Under the pieces are notes generated by a model. It was given only the letters and a program-made list of their open reading frames with translations. It ran no database searches and was not told the DNA's origin. Both the position numbers and the translations under genes were made by a program. DNA of 64,000 bases from Selaginella moellendorffii (Eukaryota; Plantae; Lycopodiophyta): the NCBI RefSeq assembly GCF_000143415.4, contig NW_003314266.1, positions 890,463 to 954,462 on the forward strand, in the 5' to 3' direction. Each line of letters opens with the position of its first letter. The stretch's first letter is position 1. Shown here one piece after another: positions 46,866 through 59,249 of the stretch.

Positions 46866-47534
46866 GCATCTCGGCGGCTTTGCAAAGCGTTTTCGAGCTT
46901 CGTCGAGCTTGAAGGTGAGCTGAAGATCTCCAGGTTCCTCAGGTAACGGGATAATAGAAATCGCTTCTTCAAATCATCCACATGTTTCCATGTCCTTTTC
47001 TCAGGCGAAACTGTGGCGATGAACGAGGAGTGTGTCGCCTCATTCTTTCCCTACGTTCCGGAGGCCGAGATTGAGAACGATACGACAGACTCTTCCTATC
47101 CATCGAGGTCGAAAGTAAGTGAGAGTAAGCTGGTTTTCTTCAAGCAAAGACCAGAGAACGAGATTTATGTAAAGCAAGCGCAGGTATGAATTGGAATCCA
47201 AACTAGAGAAGTTAAAAATTATGTAGAGCAAGCCAGGTAAGACCAGGTATGGAATTGTCGATCATTTGTTCTCTCTCTATTGGAATCCAAACTTTGCAGA
47301 GAATACACACGAGATGAAAGGAAGTTACGTTATGCAGAATGACCATAAACTCCACCACTCTTGCTCGTCCATCCTGGGGTCCTGGATCTCACGTTCTCAC
47401 CAAGTACACACTTGATGTATCAAATTAATTGATAGAAAGATTATTGGGAAGGCACAAAGATTTTGCAGAATTATTATTGTTTCTCAAACTTTCTATACAA
47501 CCATTGCATCTTAATGTAAATTAAACTTTTATAG

Positions 47535-48425
47535 TTAGCAAGATTTTACATCTGTTCCCCACATTCTTTTGATAACTGGATATTTTGAGAATCTGTGTTG
47601 GGTAGATTCATATAATACTAAATTACAGCTATTTTGAAGTGATAAAAATGTGTTCATCATGCAATTTTTATATTTGCAATATGTATTTGGAGACCATATA
47701 GCTATTTTGTTTCCAGAATAAAATACTAAATTTCCATCTAGTTGTATTCTTAATTGACATCCACTATCATTTTCGTATCCTTTCTTAGACCATTTTTCAA
47801 TATTATAAATATAAAGTACTAATCTACAATTTATATGTAAATATAAAATTGCTTTTTGATTTGGTGATACTAAGAATTCAGTAGACTTCAAGTAATAATA
47901 GGGCATAATACTTATTAATGTAGTAAGATAAATTTTACAAACATTTAAGGAATTTAGTTTAGGAAATAGTAATTGGGGATTATGATTTTTGTAATTTGTA
48001 ATAGTATATTGAATAGCATAATACTCGAGTACCATAGTAAAAAATGATGCACATAATCTTTCTAAAGTATTTCGATGGGATCTTAATAAGGCAGTTAAAT
48101 ATCTTTTAACATTATCTCCATCATCATATTCAGGATCCTCTTGATCAGCTACACATAAAGGAAAAGATTTTCCTTTTGAACCATAAATCCACATTTCAGT
48201 AAAAATATTTAATTTTCCATAAATATCATCTTCTAATGTAAATTGAAAATTCATACTTTGACCTTTAGGTAATTCTCCAGAAGATATATTATCAATCATT
48301 AAATCCATTGCATAAGTAATTAATTTAGCACTTTCTTTTGACATTGCATTTTCTTCTCCATGTTCTATTTGTGAGTTAATAGTACCAAAAAAATATAAAT
48401 TAATTAACATAAATATAATTCTCAT
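47535..48425 (-). CDS. Secreted protein: unknown N-terminal domain + C-terminal bulb-type (GNA) lectin domain
   Basis: Signal-like MRIIFMLINLYFFGTINS; lectin subdomains HINCRLVLY, QLDGNLVFY..AIWSPNT and QNSCNLVLY. Strongly AT-rich and intronless. Confidence 0.7.
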   Translation of the reverse strand: MRIIFMLINLYFFGTINSQIEHGEENAMSKESAKLITYAMDLMIDNISSGELPKGQSMNFQFTLEDDIYGKLNIFTEMWIYGSKGKSFPLCVADQEDPEYDDGDNVKRYLTALLRSHRNTLERLCASFFTMVLEYYAIQYTITNYKNHNPQLLFPKLNSLNVCKIYLTTLISIMPYYYLKSTEFLVSPNQKAILYLHINCRLVLYIYNIEKWSKKGYENDSGCQLRIQLDGNLVFYSGNKIAIWSPNTYCKYKNCMMNTFLSLQNSCNLVLYESTQHRFSKYPVIKRMWGTDVKSC

Positions 48426-49645
48426 TTTTATTTTAAATAAAAATAAATAATAGTTAGTATAAAATCTATTTTTAAAAAAATAATAATATTTTTGTACTTT
48501 ACATTGAATCTAAAAAAAGCCTAGTAAATTTAAAAGAATGGCAAGTAAGTATTGATTAGATATTAATAATATATGTTTATGAGTTTATTTCTTTTGAACA
48601 AATGGCACTTCTCTTCTCTCTAGGCACTAAATGCCAAAGAGCTGGAATGGCAACTTCTCAAGTGAATATCAATCATCTCTCATTCTCTTTATCCTAATTG
48701 TTGATTTTCAGCCACCCTCAAGCTATAATACATCATTCACATTGTTTTAGCACATTTGTAGTAATCCTATATTTATTAATTTGGGAAATTCTACTAAATT
48801 TGAGACTTAAAGGAATCTTTTGAAAAATAAGAATAAGAATATTTTTAGAATATTCTTAAAATTAATGAAGTATATTAAGTTTCAGCAAAGCTTTTTAACT
48901 AAAGCTCTACTCCCATAGATCTTACCAAAGCACAACAAACATTAAAAATGAAAATATATATTATTGTCAATTTGACATCCATTTAATAGCCTCTTGGAAA
49001 TGCTTTGGGTGAAATAGCCAACCACTATATTCATATATAAAAATGAATAAAATTACCAAAATATTTATCAATCATTTTGGAATCTATTACTTCTAATGAA
49101 GATATGAAAGAATTTTAGATTAATGTAGTAAATATTTACTTTTAAGAAAAATCATTGTCAACTAAAGTATAATTTTTTTACTTCATAATCTTATATCACC
49201 TGTTAAAATAATTAATTATAGAATGAATGTTTTTCCAAAATAAAAAAAATTACCTAATTTCTAATTTTAAACTATGTGCTACACCTTCAATAGCAAACTT
49301 TAGAGGAGTAACTGTATGTGCATATTGTTTATAAAACCAACCAAAAACAATACTTTCAAGTGAGATAGTCATTTGAGGATCTTTTAGATTCAATTTTCAT
49401 TTCTTTTCCCACCACCTTATATATTATTGATTTTCTAATTGATTATATGGGCCACATAGGATATACTATTGAAATTTGACTTATGTAATACCATATGTAA
49501 GTTTTGAATTTTCCACACATCTTCCTAACTATATTGGATATGTATCATCTACTAGCTGAACAAATACATCATATCCTTCAGTAATTTCAGAGATGGTAAA
49601 ATATTTTTGAGGTAGTTGATTTTTTTGACCAACATAATGAGGTAT

Positions 49646-51300
49646 TATAGTGCATGTGATTTTCACCTTTTATCTTATGATGATTTACCATAAAATAACC
49701 ATGTTAAACCCTTTATATGCCACATGTCACATGCCACGTGCCACATGCCATATGTCTTTAAAGACAGTGGAGTTTTAAAGCCTTGGGCCACTAAATGAAA
49801 GAATGGAGCTAAACTCCTGTCGCAAATATAACTTCGGATATCGAAAGTTATCTGTCGGTTGTCCTTTTGGATATTCTTTTCTTACTGCCACGACAACAAA
49901 AGGTCGATATTGCTGGATCCTTTATTAATCTCCCCCTAAACTAGTTAAGAAACTGGTCATCACATATGCACTTAAACCAAAAGGGCACTAAGGAAGGAAA
50001 TCCTAAGTTGTTATTTATCAAGCAGACTTGACATGGTGATGAAAAACTCATGATGTTGACTTACACTTGCTAGTGTTGCGAACCCCCGCGATATTGGGTT
50101 TGGTCCTTTAATATTCGCTAAATGATAGCTTACCGTGTCTACCAAACACCCTCGCTATCAAACACCTTGTGTTAGTACCATTCGGTTTCAATTACTATTT
50201 ATGAAAAGTGTCTAGATTTACTAGTTTGGCATATCAACGGAATGTAGAGATTGTCTTGAACACAATGGTGTTCGTCTTGTGTCCAAATTCACAATCTAGG
50301 GATATTCCATATTTAATAAGTTTCAAACTTGTCCCAAAAACTAACTCCTTGTACTGAGGGTGGCTAAAGGTGAAAGCCCAAAGCATGTGTTCCTTGAGGG
50401 GGGGGGGGGGAGGGGGGTGGCTGTGGGAGGGTTCCAAATGTATAATAGGGATAATAGGTAGATTGAGTATGGTTGACCAACTTAAGACATAATTTAGTTC
50501 CCGCTTGTATGCCTATCCTTGTTTTGCGTCCGGCTTGGGTCTAACCCAAGTTGCATACCATGCTAGTTGGTGAAGTACCCATATCCTCACGTTAAGCCAC
50601 CGGTATGCTGAAATAGCACTAAATTCCGTTTAGCTCCATTTTATGTGCTAGTCCTAGCATTGGGATGTTAGTTGCTCTAGAATTGTTTCAAGTCACTCTA
50701 TGCTCCTGTCCCTTTGCTCCTTGGGTTGTACGCTCATAAGTTGTTTCGTGCTCTAGTGCCATCACTCCTTAGCTCTTTGCTAAGAGTTTGGCTTCGTTCC
50801 TTCATTCAATGGCCCAAGGCCTTGAAATCTGGGTTCCGCACCACTGTCCTTTGGACACGTGGTATGTGGCATGTGGCACATGGAGGGTTTAGATTTTGCT
50901 TCATGGTGATCCTATAATAAATCATTATAGGATAAAGGGTAAAAACCACGTGCATTACAAGTCCCTAGCTTACAGCCAAGGAACAAAGGGACTGAAGTGC
51001 GAAACAACGTTTAAGCATTCAGCCCAAAGAGTGAAGAGACAAAAACATGAAGCAATATAGGAATAGTCTTAGAGCATTAAGCATCCCAATGCTAGGACCA
51101 ATATGCAAAATAGAGCTAAATGAACCACCATTTTAGCATACCGGTGGCCTAACGCGAGGATATAGGTACTTTACTAGCTAGTATAGTGAAACTTGGGCTT
51201 AAACACAAGCCAAATGCAGAACAATGACAGACACACAAGTGAGAGTTAAACTATAGCTTAAGTTGGTCAGCCATTCCCTACCTACTTACTATCTCTCGGG
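49646..51300. mobile_element. Nested LTR-retroelement remnants: insertion 49818-50959 inside an oppositely oriented same-family LTR
   Basis: 49646-49817 is the reverse complement of about 50785-50959; about 50960-51295 is the reverse complement of about 50440-50730. The insertion has TG..CA ends, TSD actcc/agtcc and a G-run PPT at about 50397-50417. Confidence 0.75.
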
Positions 51301-51331
51301 AGAAGCGCAGCAAGTAACGTATACCTAGCTC

Positions 51332-52057
51332 NNNNNNNNNNNNNNNNNNNNNNNNNNNNNNNNNNNNNNNNNNNNNNNNNNNNNNNNNNNNNNNNNNNNN
51401 NNNNNNNNNNNNNNNNNNNNNNNNNNNNNNNNNNNNNNNNNNNNNNNNNNNNNNNNNNNNNNNNNNNNNNNNNNNNNNNNNNNNNNNNNNNNNNNNNNNN
51501 NNNNNNNNNNNNNNNNNNNNNNNNNNNNNNNNNNNNNNNNNNNNNNNNNNNNNNNNNNNNNNNNNNNNNNNNNNNNNNNNNNNNNNNNNNNNNNNNNNNN
51601 NNNNNNNNNNNNNNNNNNNNNNNNNNNNNNNNNNNNNNNNNNNNNNNNNNNNNNNNNNNNNNNNNNNNNNNNNNNNNNNNNNNNNNNNNNNNNNNNNNNN
51701 NNNNNNNNNNNNNNNNNNNNNNNNNNNNNNNNNNNNNNNNNNNNNNNNNNNNNNNNNNNNNNNNNNNNNNNNNNNNNNNNNNNNNNNNNNNNNNNNNNNN
51801 NNNNNNNNNNNNNNNNNNNNNNNNNNNNNNNNNNNNNNNNNNNNNNNNNNNNNNNNNNNNNNNNNNNNNNNNNNNNNNNNNNNNNNNNNNNNNNNNNNNN
51901 NNNNNNNNNNNNNNNNNNNNNNNNNNNNNNNNNNNNNNNNNNNNNNNNNNNNNNNNNNNNNNNNNNNNNNNNNNNNNNNNNNNNNNNNNNNNNNNNNNNN
52001 NNNNNNNNNNNNNNNNNNNNNNNNNNNNNNNNNNNNNNNNNNNNNNNNNNNNNNNNN
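51332..52057. other. Assembly gap (726 N)
   Basis: Run of N. Confidence 1.
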
Positions 52058-52231
52058 CTCAATTAACTCCACTAACACAAAAGGGACTGATAAAGGGTCT
52101 AGCAATACCAACCTCCTACCATTGTGGTAGTAAGGAAAGACATTCTAAAAGGACTAGTTGACACAATCACATTCATGATAGGTATATCAAGTTTATTATT
52201 TTTATTATATGATCCTTTTTTTAAAAATTTC

Positions 52232-52507
52232 TCTTTGGGAATATGGCCAAAATCCTCCTAAAAGTCTTGAATTAACTTTTAGGGGAATTAATAGTGTATT
52301 TACTACTGTTTTTTTCCAATAATTAAGCATGGGCTCCATTTTGATAGTATAACCATTACCTTTTTGTGGAAATTCTTTATTTTAATGATCCATTATCTTT
52401 TGTAATCCTGGTATAACTAATGGATCAATCTTAGTTAAAGGTAATGGCTTAGGTTCACCAATAGGCAAAAGTGGTTCTTCATTTGTTGAATTTCTTTTAA
52501 AAAGCTC
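52232..52507 (-). pseudogene. Relic of the C-terminal region of a related DUF7869-type transposase
   Basis: ELFKRNSTNEEPLLPIGEPKPLPLTKIDPLVIPGLQKIMDH*..EPMLNYW aligns with ELFKRDPITGEPMIPQGSPRPMHPDGLKDQKSIVAGIRQHIAFW..KPL of the intact transposase (about 63815-64000). Confidence 0.7.
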
Positions 52508-52953
52508 ACTTAAGCTCTATTTCGTTAAAGTGGGAATTGTCATTATCCCATTTGTAAAATAAGGTTTCCAAACCTTTATATAGTATATAAATATAACAAA
52601 ATTCAACTGCATTGAGGCACATGCCATTTTATTTTAAACAAGGAAATGTCTACTCAATCACTTCTCCTCCCCCTGCCACTGCTTCACCTCTCTCTTCTCC
52701 TTGTCATCGTCGTCCAATTTCTTTCCATCCTTTTAATATTGGCTCAGTTGCTCCGAGTCTAGGTGGAGCCCAAGTCCCCATTCAATCTTTACTTTCCCCT
52801 TATTAATAAAACAACTTCGTAGATTTCCAATAACATGCTGTAACACTTCTAGTATAATGCAAATCCTCTCAAAGAATTGTCTTTTAATATTAATACAATG
52901 GCATGGAACCCCATGCCATAATAAGTTACATTTTAAAATAAATACATGCCATC

Positions 52954-55900
52954 TCAGACTGTTATTTTTTGCCTCCAACGCCTATACAATAATCTTGGAA
53001 TTTCATCACTCTCCACACTATCAGGATTTAAACCCAATAGTAATGCCATCTCTTCTCTAATACGTCCACGCTCATGTTCAGTGGTCGAAGAACCCATCTG
53101 GTTGAGCAGATTATGGAGATGCGGATAGTGCTTGGCTAGACAATATACATGCCATAAATGATGACTGGTGTCTGTCCGATCAAATGGCTTCTGATATATC
53201 GTTCCATCTGCCATTTGGTTGATTTCTGCAGCCACCTCCTGGACTGGCCGGTTCTCTATCACCATCGCTTCAAGCCGTTTTGCAAGGTCCCCCAGAATAT
53301 ACGGTTTCTTCTCCCTAGTTTCCATACTGCAAGAGATGGGGTGCACTGCATATGTGTGCGTGTTCGTTGCAGTTTTAATCGGCAAGTCATCGATGATGAG
53401 GATTTCACTTGACCTAGCAGTCCGGTTCATCACTATAGCCTCTGGCTTGACGAAGATGGGCTTGCTACCCCTCACATGGACCATAGTCAAGCAATCCTCC
53501 TACGTTAGGAGAAAGTCAAATGGTAATATTACTCGCGTCTGATCGTGCATCATCTGTAGCAACGTTAATGCATTGTGGCGCATCATGGATGTCCAAACTC
53601 CCAATTGCAAATTGAACCCGGCCCTCTGTTTTAAGTGTCGCATGGTCATTATTAGATCCCGCAGTTTCTTCCGTGTGATTAATGTGAATCTGTCTCTTTT
53701 GACCAACTTGCGACCGCAGGCTTTGGAGGGTGCAGTGACATTCGAGGATGAGCCACGCTCATGGGAGAAAAGGACACCGTTCAGATCAAAAACGATACAG
53801 TACTTTCGCCGTGACTCTGAAATGAAATGCGTCAGCATAAAAAATGGTACAAGTCAATTTTACCATCTACAATATTAGCGAATGGTGCTCCCGATGGTCG
53901 TTCAGAGGGTTTTGGTCGAGGAAACGTGAAGGGCGGAAATACTCTCCTCTGCAATGTGGGGTCAATCGCATCCGATGGCGTGTGGGCACATGCCATTTCA
54001 GCTGTAGACTCTGGTACAACTGGCTCAACAGTGGCATGGGGTGGTTCCGATGGCGTGTGATCACACGCCATTTCAGCTGGTGCCTCCGTTGGCAAAGTGG
54101 ACATGACCGAACAGGCAGCAGGGGCGGTGTAGGGAGGTTCCAACGGCGCGTAGTCAGACGATTGGGCACACGTTGAGTCCGTTGGAAATGAGGATACGAC
54201 CGGCTCGGCGGCTGGGGCGGCCTTATGCGGGTCCAATGGCGCCTGGTCACCGTCAGTTGGATACGTGGACAAGATTGACTCAGTGGTATGGGCAGCATCA
54301 AGTGGAGCGTGGTCAGCTTGCTTGCCGTTGATATGGATAGTAGCCTCCACCAGCTCTGATGACGCTTGCAGGCAAGTAGAGTCCACTGGCGGATCCATAT
54401 GCATGTCCAAATATCTCCCTTCGATTGAGATAGTATCCTCCCTACTGGCTACTAAAAACAAACTCATTAGCATATTGAATCGACTATACTGTATTTACCA
54501 TCAACTACTATTGGGCGCACTGCTGATTCTGAAGGATTGGACATACGTTTCGACCCTTGCTTGGCACTATCCTTCCTCGACACTAAAGGCTAGAGTTTGT
54601 ATCTTAATTCAACTGAATAATCTCTACTTACCATTTCTTCTGCGACCTACATGGACAATGTTAGAAATGGTAAAAGGTTAGGAATGGATGTACTATTATT
54701 TACCTAATGGTTTGTCTTGTATGACCTTCCTCCGCTGCTCTTTGGCCACCTCAGGCTGGCCATCGTCGTCATCATCGTCATCGTCGTTATTGTGATTGTC
54801 ACCATTGTGAGGACCATCCAAGTCCTCTTCGTCCTCCTCTTCTTCGTCCTCCTCTTCTTTGTCCTCCTCTTCGTCCTTCTGCTCTTCCTGCTCATTATCT
54901 TTCTCTGGCTCCTCATCCCCCTCCTGCATTTCTTCCATAGGCTGCTCAGGCTGGATGGCTTGTTTTTCCAGGACCATCTTGGGAAAATCATCTGGCCGAG
55001 TCTCCATCTCAAAATACAAGACATCCATAGCCTGTTTCAATGCTTGACCTAGGACCGTATCCTCACCCGACTGTCTTAACATGGTTTCTACACGTTCTTG
55101 CACCCTTCGAAGATGACGAGATGAGAAAAACGTGGCCCTGACTTGAAAAGCATCCCTCATCCATTGTACCTCTCCATTGAGATTGGGGAAGGGGAGTCCG
55201 CCATAGGAATCTGAGTCAGGAGGTGGTGACTGGCTCCTTTCACTCAGCCCTTGATTTGCAATGAATGGCATGAGCACACACGCCATAACCGCGAGGCATT
55301 ACCTATCATCTTTTCGTTGCCCTTCTTCCTTTTCGAATCAAACGCCTCTGATCCCGACGACTGTCCAACGTGCTTTCGCTTTTTATGACCACTGTCAGTT
55401 TGAGCTTGGCTGGTGCTTGCCTGTTTTGCCTTTGAAGAAGTGTCTCCTGCAAGGAATGGCATGAGACCACACGCCATTGCAAATATAATTTGTACCTCCT
55501 TTTTTCCTATTGCTTGTCTGTTTGTCCTTCTTCGACGCGCCACCAATGCGCTTTTCAGTCCTCGTGTCTGAATATTCACAACGATCTATAATCAAAATGG
55601 CGTGAGGCCTCACGTGACCTTACCTTGTGCAGGTTGTGAGCTCGGCCTAACATCAGTAGCTGTTAACGCCGTTTCAGCATCTGGGGGTGGCCACGCTCCT
55701 GCATACAGAGCTTGTGAGATAACATTTAAACTTAAAGTGCGTACTCACCAGGTTCGCAGAGAAGATACTGTTTTTCTTTGGCAACTGTAATTATATGCTC
55801 CATTGAAGTCACCTCTTCAATGGAGTTTATCACCGCAACACACGGGACACCCTTGAGTAGTGCGGCTCGAAAGAATAGTCCGCCGCAGTTGTACTCGACA

Positions 55901-58531
55901 ACACATTTGCCCTTGGTGTCACCCGCTATTGCATTGAAGACCCAGCTAAGCATTTCCCATGCTGCACCTGGAGCTTTCTTTGGATTCGAAAGCTCCATAG
56001 CCGTCTTCAGTTCCTCAGGCACGGGTAAATTGACCTCCCTCAGATCAATTCGATCGGCCTTGTCGAACGAAGCTGGGAAGTCACTCCAGTCCCACTCTGC
56101 TGCAGGACCAATAACAAGGGCGAGTGTGAAGATGCGGACATTCGTCGGTATCTTCTTCTTAGCCATTATCCCATGGATCTCCCGCATCTCCTTGCCTTTC
56201 AACCGAGCCTTCACCTCGTTCAAGGCCTTCCAGAACTTGTGATAGGATTCGGAGTCGTAGATCATATAGTGGACTGAAGATTCCACCTCCGCAAGTCCCA
56301 CCATTAAGTCAATGATGGAGCTGACTTCGTCTGCATGAGTGATCTCTTCGTTTGTGAAGTCCATCACACAAAAGATGCTCTTGACCTGCTCATCTCCGCG
56401 GGAAACGATGCTCCTCCACCTTTGATCCTCATCCGAATTCACGTATACCTGGTAAGGTTCTCGATAGGCCTCTGCTGCGGGGTCGAGCTGTTTCTGAAGC
56501 CGGCGGTCGACATCCCTCTTAATGAAATTTGGATACTGATCCAACTTCTCAACTTTACTTTTCGTGGCATCCCGCAGCAGATCGATGAACTTGGGGGCCC
56601 CCTTCACGTACTCGTCGATGTCTTCATTTGACAACTCCAGCTCTTCCATCATCTCTTGCGTGGTGTCGATGCTCACCCTCTCCACGGCCACTTGCTCGAA
56701 GATCCAATCCTTCAATAGCGCACGAGCTCTCAGAGTCATGCACAAGTCCTCGTATGTCACAATATGGCCGGGAGTCATTTTGGTCTTGTTGAAGACTACC
56801 TCACCACGTAGAAGAGCATTAGCCACTGCCAGAAGGTCGTCGTCGTCTAGAGACCGCGAGAAACGCAAGGTGTTGAGCTTCAAATCATTGGGCTTCCGAC
56901 CGTCCTCCACACCCATTGAGTTTAGCAACTCCCCGTCATGGTACCTCCTCAGCACATCTACCCATTTGTCAAAAACAACTTTTGTCGCGAGTAGAATGTT
57001 ATGGATGCTGAGTGTGTCATTGACCCCCAGTGTTTTCGAGAGAAGACTCGAGAATTCCTGCAATGGAAATGGCGTGAGGCCACATGCTATGCCACATGCA
57101 ACGAGGCTTACCTGCCAGGCGCTAGTTGCTAGTGCACGTCCTTGTCCTGGTTTTTGTGGCTTCTTCAGTTGAACCCAGAGCTTCCGTGTTCGTGCCAATG
57201 TCTCGTGCAGACCCGATTTGTAGCACGTTTCTTGCTTGACATTCTGCGCGTGGGAGATGGATATGATAGATCGGAGGGGCGAGTTGCCTTTTATCAGGCG
57301 GACAACTCTTGTCTTGAAGACTTTCTTCACCTCCTCGCCCACCATAATATCCAGAACTATCTCTTGCATCGCCAAGCTAGAATGCTGCCCGGAGACGGCA
57401 TAGAACCGGATGTTTTGATCGTCCAACACCTTCCTATTGATCAAGTTGGAAACCTCGTCTCGCCCTTCATTGTTTGGTAGTAGGGGATCACGTCTGCGAT
57501 GTCGGGTGTTACTGGACTTGCCAGCATCTTCTGCTTCAGTTTCTCCACCCACTCATCAGATACTAGCCTGTGGTTGTATTTGCTTTGGATGTCGATATGG
57601 CTCACGTCGATTGTATATACTTTGTTGGAATAGTAGCAAGTACTATTATCTGCGACGATTTTTGCTGCCTCTTCTTGCTCTTTCTGCTCTTTGCGGCTCT
57701 TCTTTTTGGTGGGTGTAGTGTTCGAACCCGAGGCAATGGCATCACCGAATAGCTTCTTTTTTGGAGCAGCAAAGTCGGACGTCGGCTTGAGCTTGACCAC
57801 CCTTTTCTGCTTCGGGGTAGTTTCCAGATCGACCCCCTTCCCCTTCGCTTCGCGAACTGGAGGCACTCTCAACGGCTCAATGTTGGAATATAGTTTTTGA
57901 ACATCGCCGTAGGTGAGGTCCGTGGATTCCATGTGATCTTCATAGACCCGCAGCGTCTTTGAAATTGTGGGCCTCCTGGACAACCTCTCCCTAGCTCCCT
58001 CTAGGAATTCCTCATACCCGCTGCCCCCCTCCGGGAAGCCGCTAGGATGTGCAAGGTGGATCTTGAAGGCGGACGCTGTCTCTACCACAAGTGCCAGTCC
58101 ATATTCTTGCATGGAACTGCATGGAGTGTCTGTCACTTGGATGAGGATCCCCATGCATTCTTTTCTCCCACCATCTGTGTTGTACAGCATCAGATCCTCG
58201 CCTTCCATCCCGAAAGTCCAACTGGTGAGCTCCTCCCCCTTTTCTGCATCCACATTGACAGTGGCTGGAAGAAGAATGCAATTCCTCGCCTGTTCAGAAA
58301 TGCACAACAATTAGAGCTGACAGATGAAAAGCTAGCAGCTGGAAATAACGTGAGGCCACACGCCATTCACCACTGCATCAGATGTCTTGAGGCTGCATCC
58401 TAAGATGGCGTGAGGCTACACGCCATCTGTAACCGGACTGCACTCGAGAGCCCAATCGGTGCATGCCAATGTTGCTACTGAATGGCATGTGGCCTCATGC
58501 CATTTTCTACTTGGCCTAAAAGACTTACCAT
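52954..58531 (-). CDS. Transposon cargo gene (about 1,600 aa, about 11 exons): ParB/Srx-like domain + degenerate beta-class N6/N4 methyltransferase fold + acidic linker + FCP1/NIF HAD domain; carries one frameshift and one in-frame stop
   Basis: ATG at 58531 with intron 58528-58290. Phase-consistent GT-AG introns join track ORFs 57441..58310, 55732..57552, 55244..55579, 54696..55286, 53832..54473, 53500..53838 and 52954..53490. Motifs: IDVSHIDIQSKYNHRLVSDEWVEKLKQKM..FYAVSGQHSSLA; NPKK..KCVVEYNCGGLFFRAALLKGVPCVAV; VFDLNGVL..GVWTSM..LIIDDLPIK. Frameshift at about 57450; TAG at 53502-53500. Confidence 0.7.
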
Positions 58532-58759
58532 TTGAAGCCGAATGGAGGCCGTGACAATCGAGGCCGGACTCGCTGGCGAATGTGCACTGTGTGTGCAGCG
58601 GATCGTAGCAGCAAGGCTACTCTGCCACTTATAGTTGGAGAGTGGCGCTGAAATCTCCCGGGATGCCAAGTGGGCTGCGTGTGGGTGGCGGAGTGGGCGG
58701 CGGAGTTGGCGGCGAAGTTACAAACTGGGTGTGTCTTGAAGTGGACGCTGATGCACACA

Positions 58760-58930
58760 AGCGCGATGCGAGCGCGAGTGTGATGCAAGCACGAGTGGAC
58801 GCCGATGCACACGAGAAACCTGTAGAGAAGTGAGCGTGATCGCGAGTGGGAGCGCGATGCGAGCGGGAGCACGAGTGTGATGCGAGCGCGAGCGCGAGTG
58901 TGATGCGAGCGCGAGCGCGAGTGTGCGAGT
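58760..58930. repeat. CpG-rich microsatellite (gcgagcgcgagtgtgat)n upstream of the cargo gene
   Basis: Reiterated gcgagc/gcgagt units. Confidence 0.8.
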
Positions 58931-59249
58931 GAGAGTATGAAGCAAAATGTAAAACCTAACCTCACACGCGCGAAATGTCACAACGGTTGGTAATCCCGCC
59001 ACGTCATCATTCCTCGGACTTGGGCGCCACCATTAATTTTTGGATTGCCGCGCGCATGCAAGCACGCAAAATCCAAAAGAAATCCGCAACGTCATCATTC
59101 CTCGGACTGCATGCACGCGAAATCCAAAAGAAAGATCATGATTGGGATATCATTTAATACCCTCGCTATATTTATACCATGCATGATTGGATATTCCAAA
59201 GCATCTTGTATTTCCAAAAATGGCAGATGTTCAGCTAAATAAAGAAATT

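Noticed and set aside
51278-52111. ORFs of X residues
   Set aside because: Artefacts of the N gap.
52508-52620. Terminal inverted repeat of the DNA transposon
   Set aside because: The right end is outside the window, so no TIR or TSD can be confirmed.
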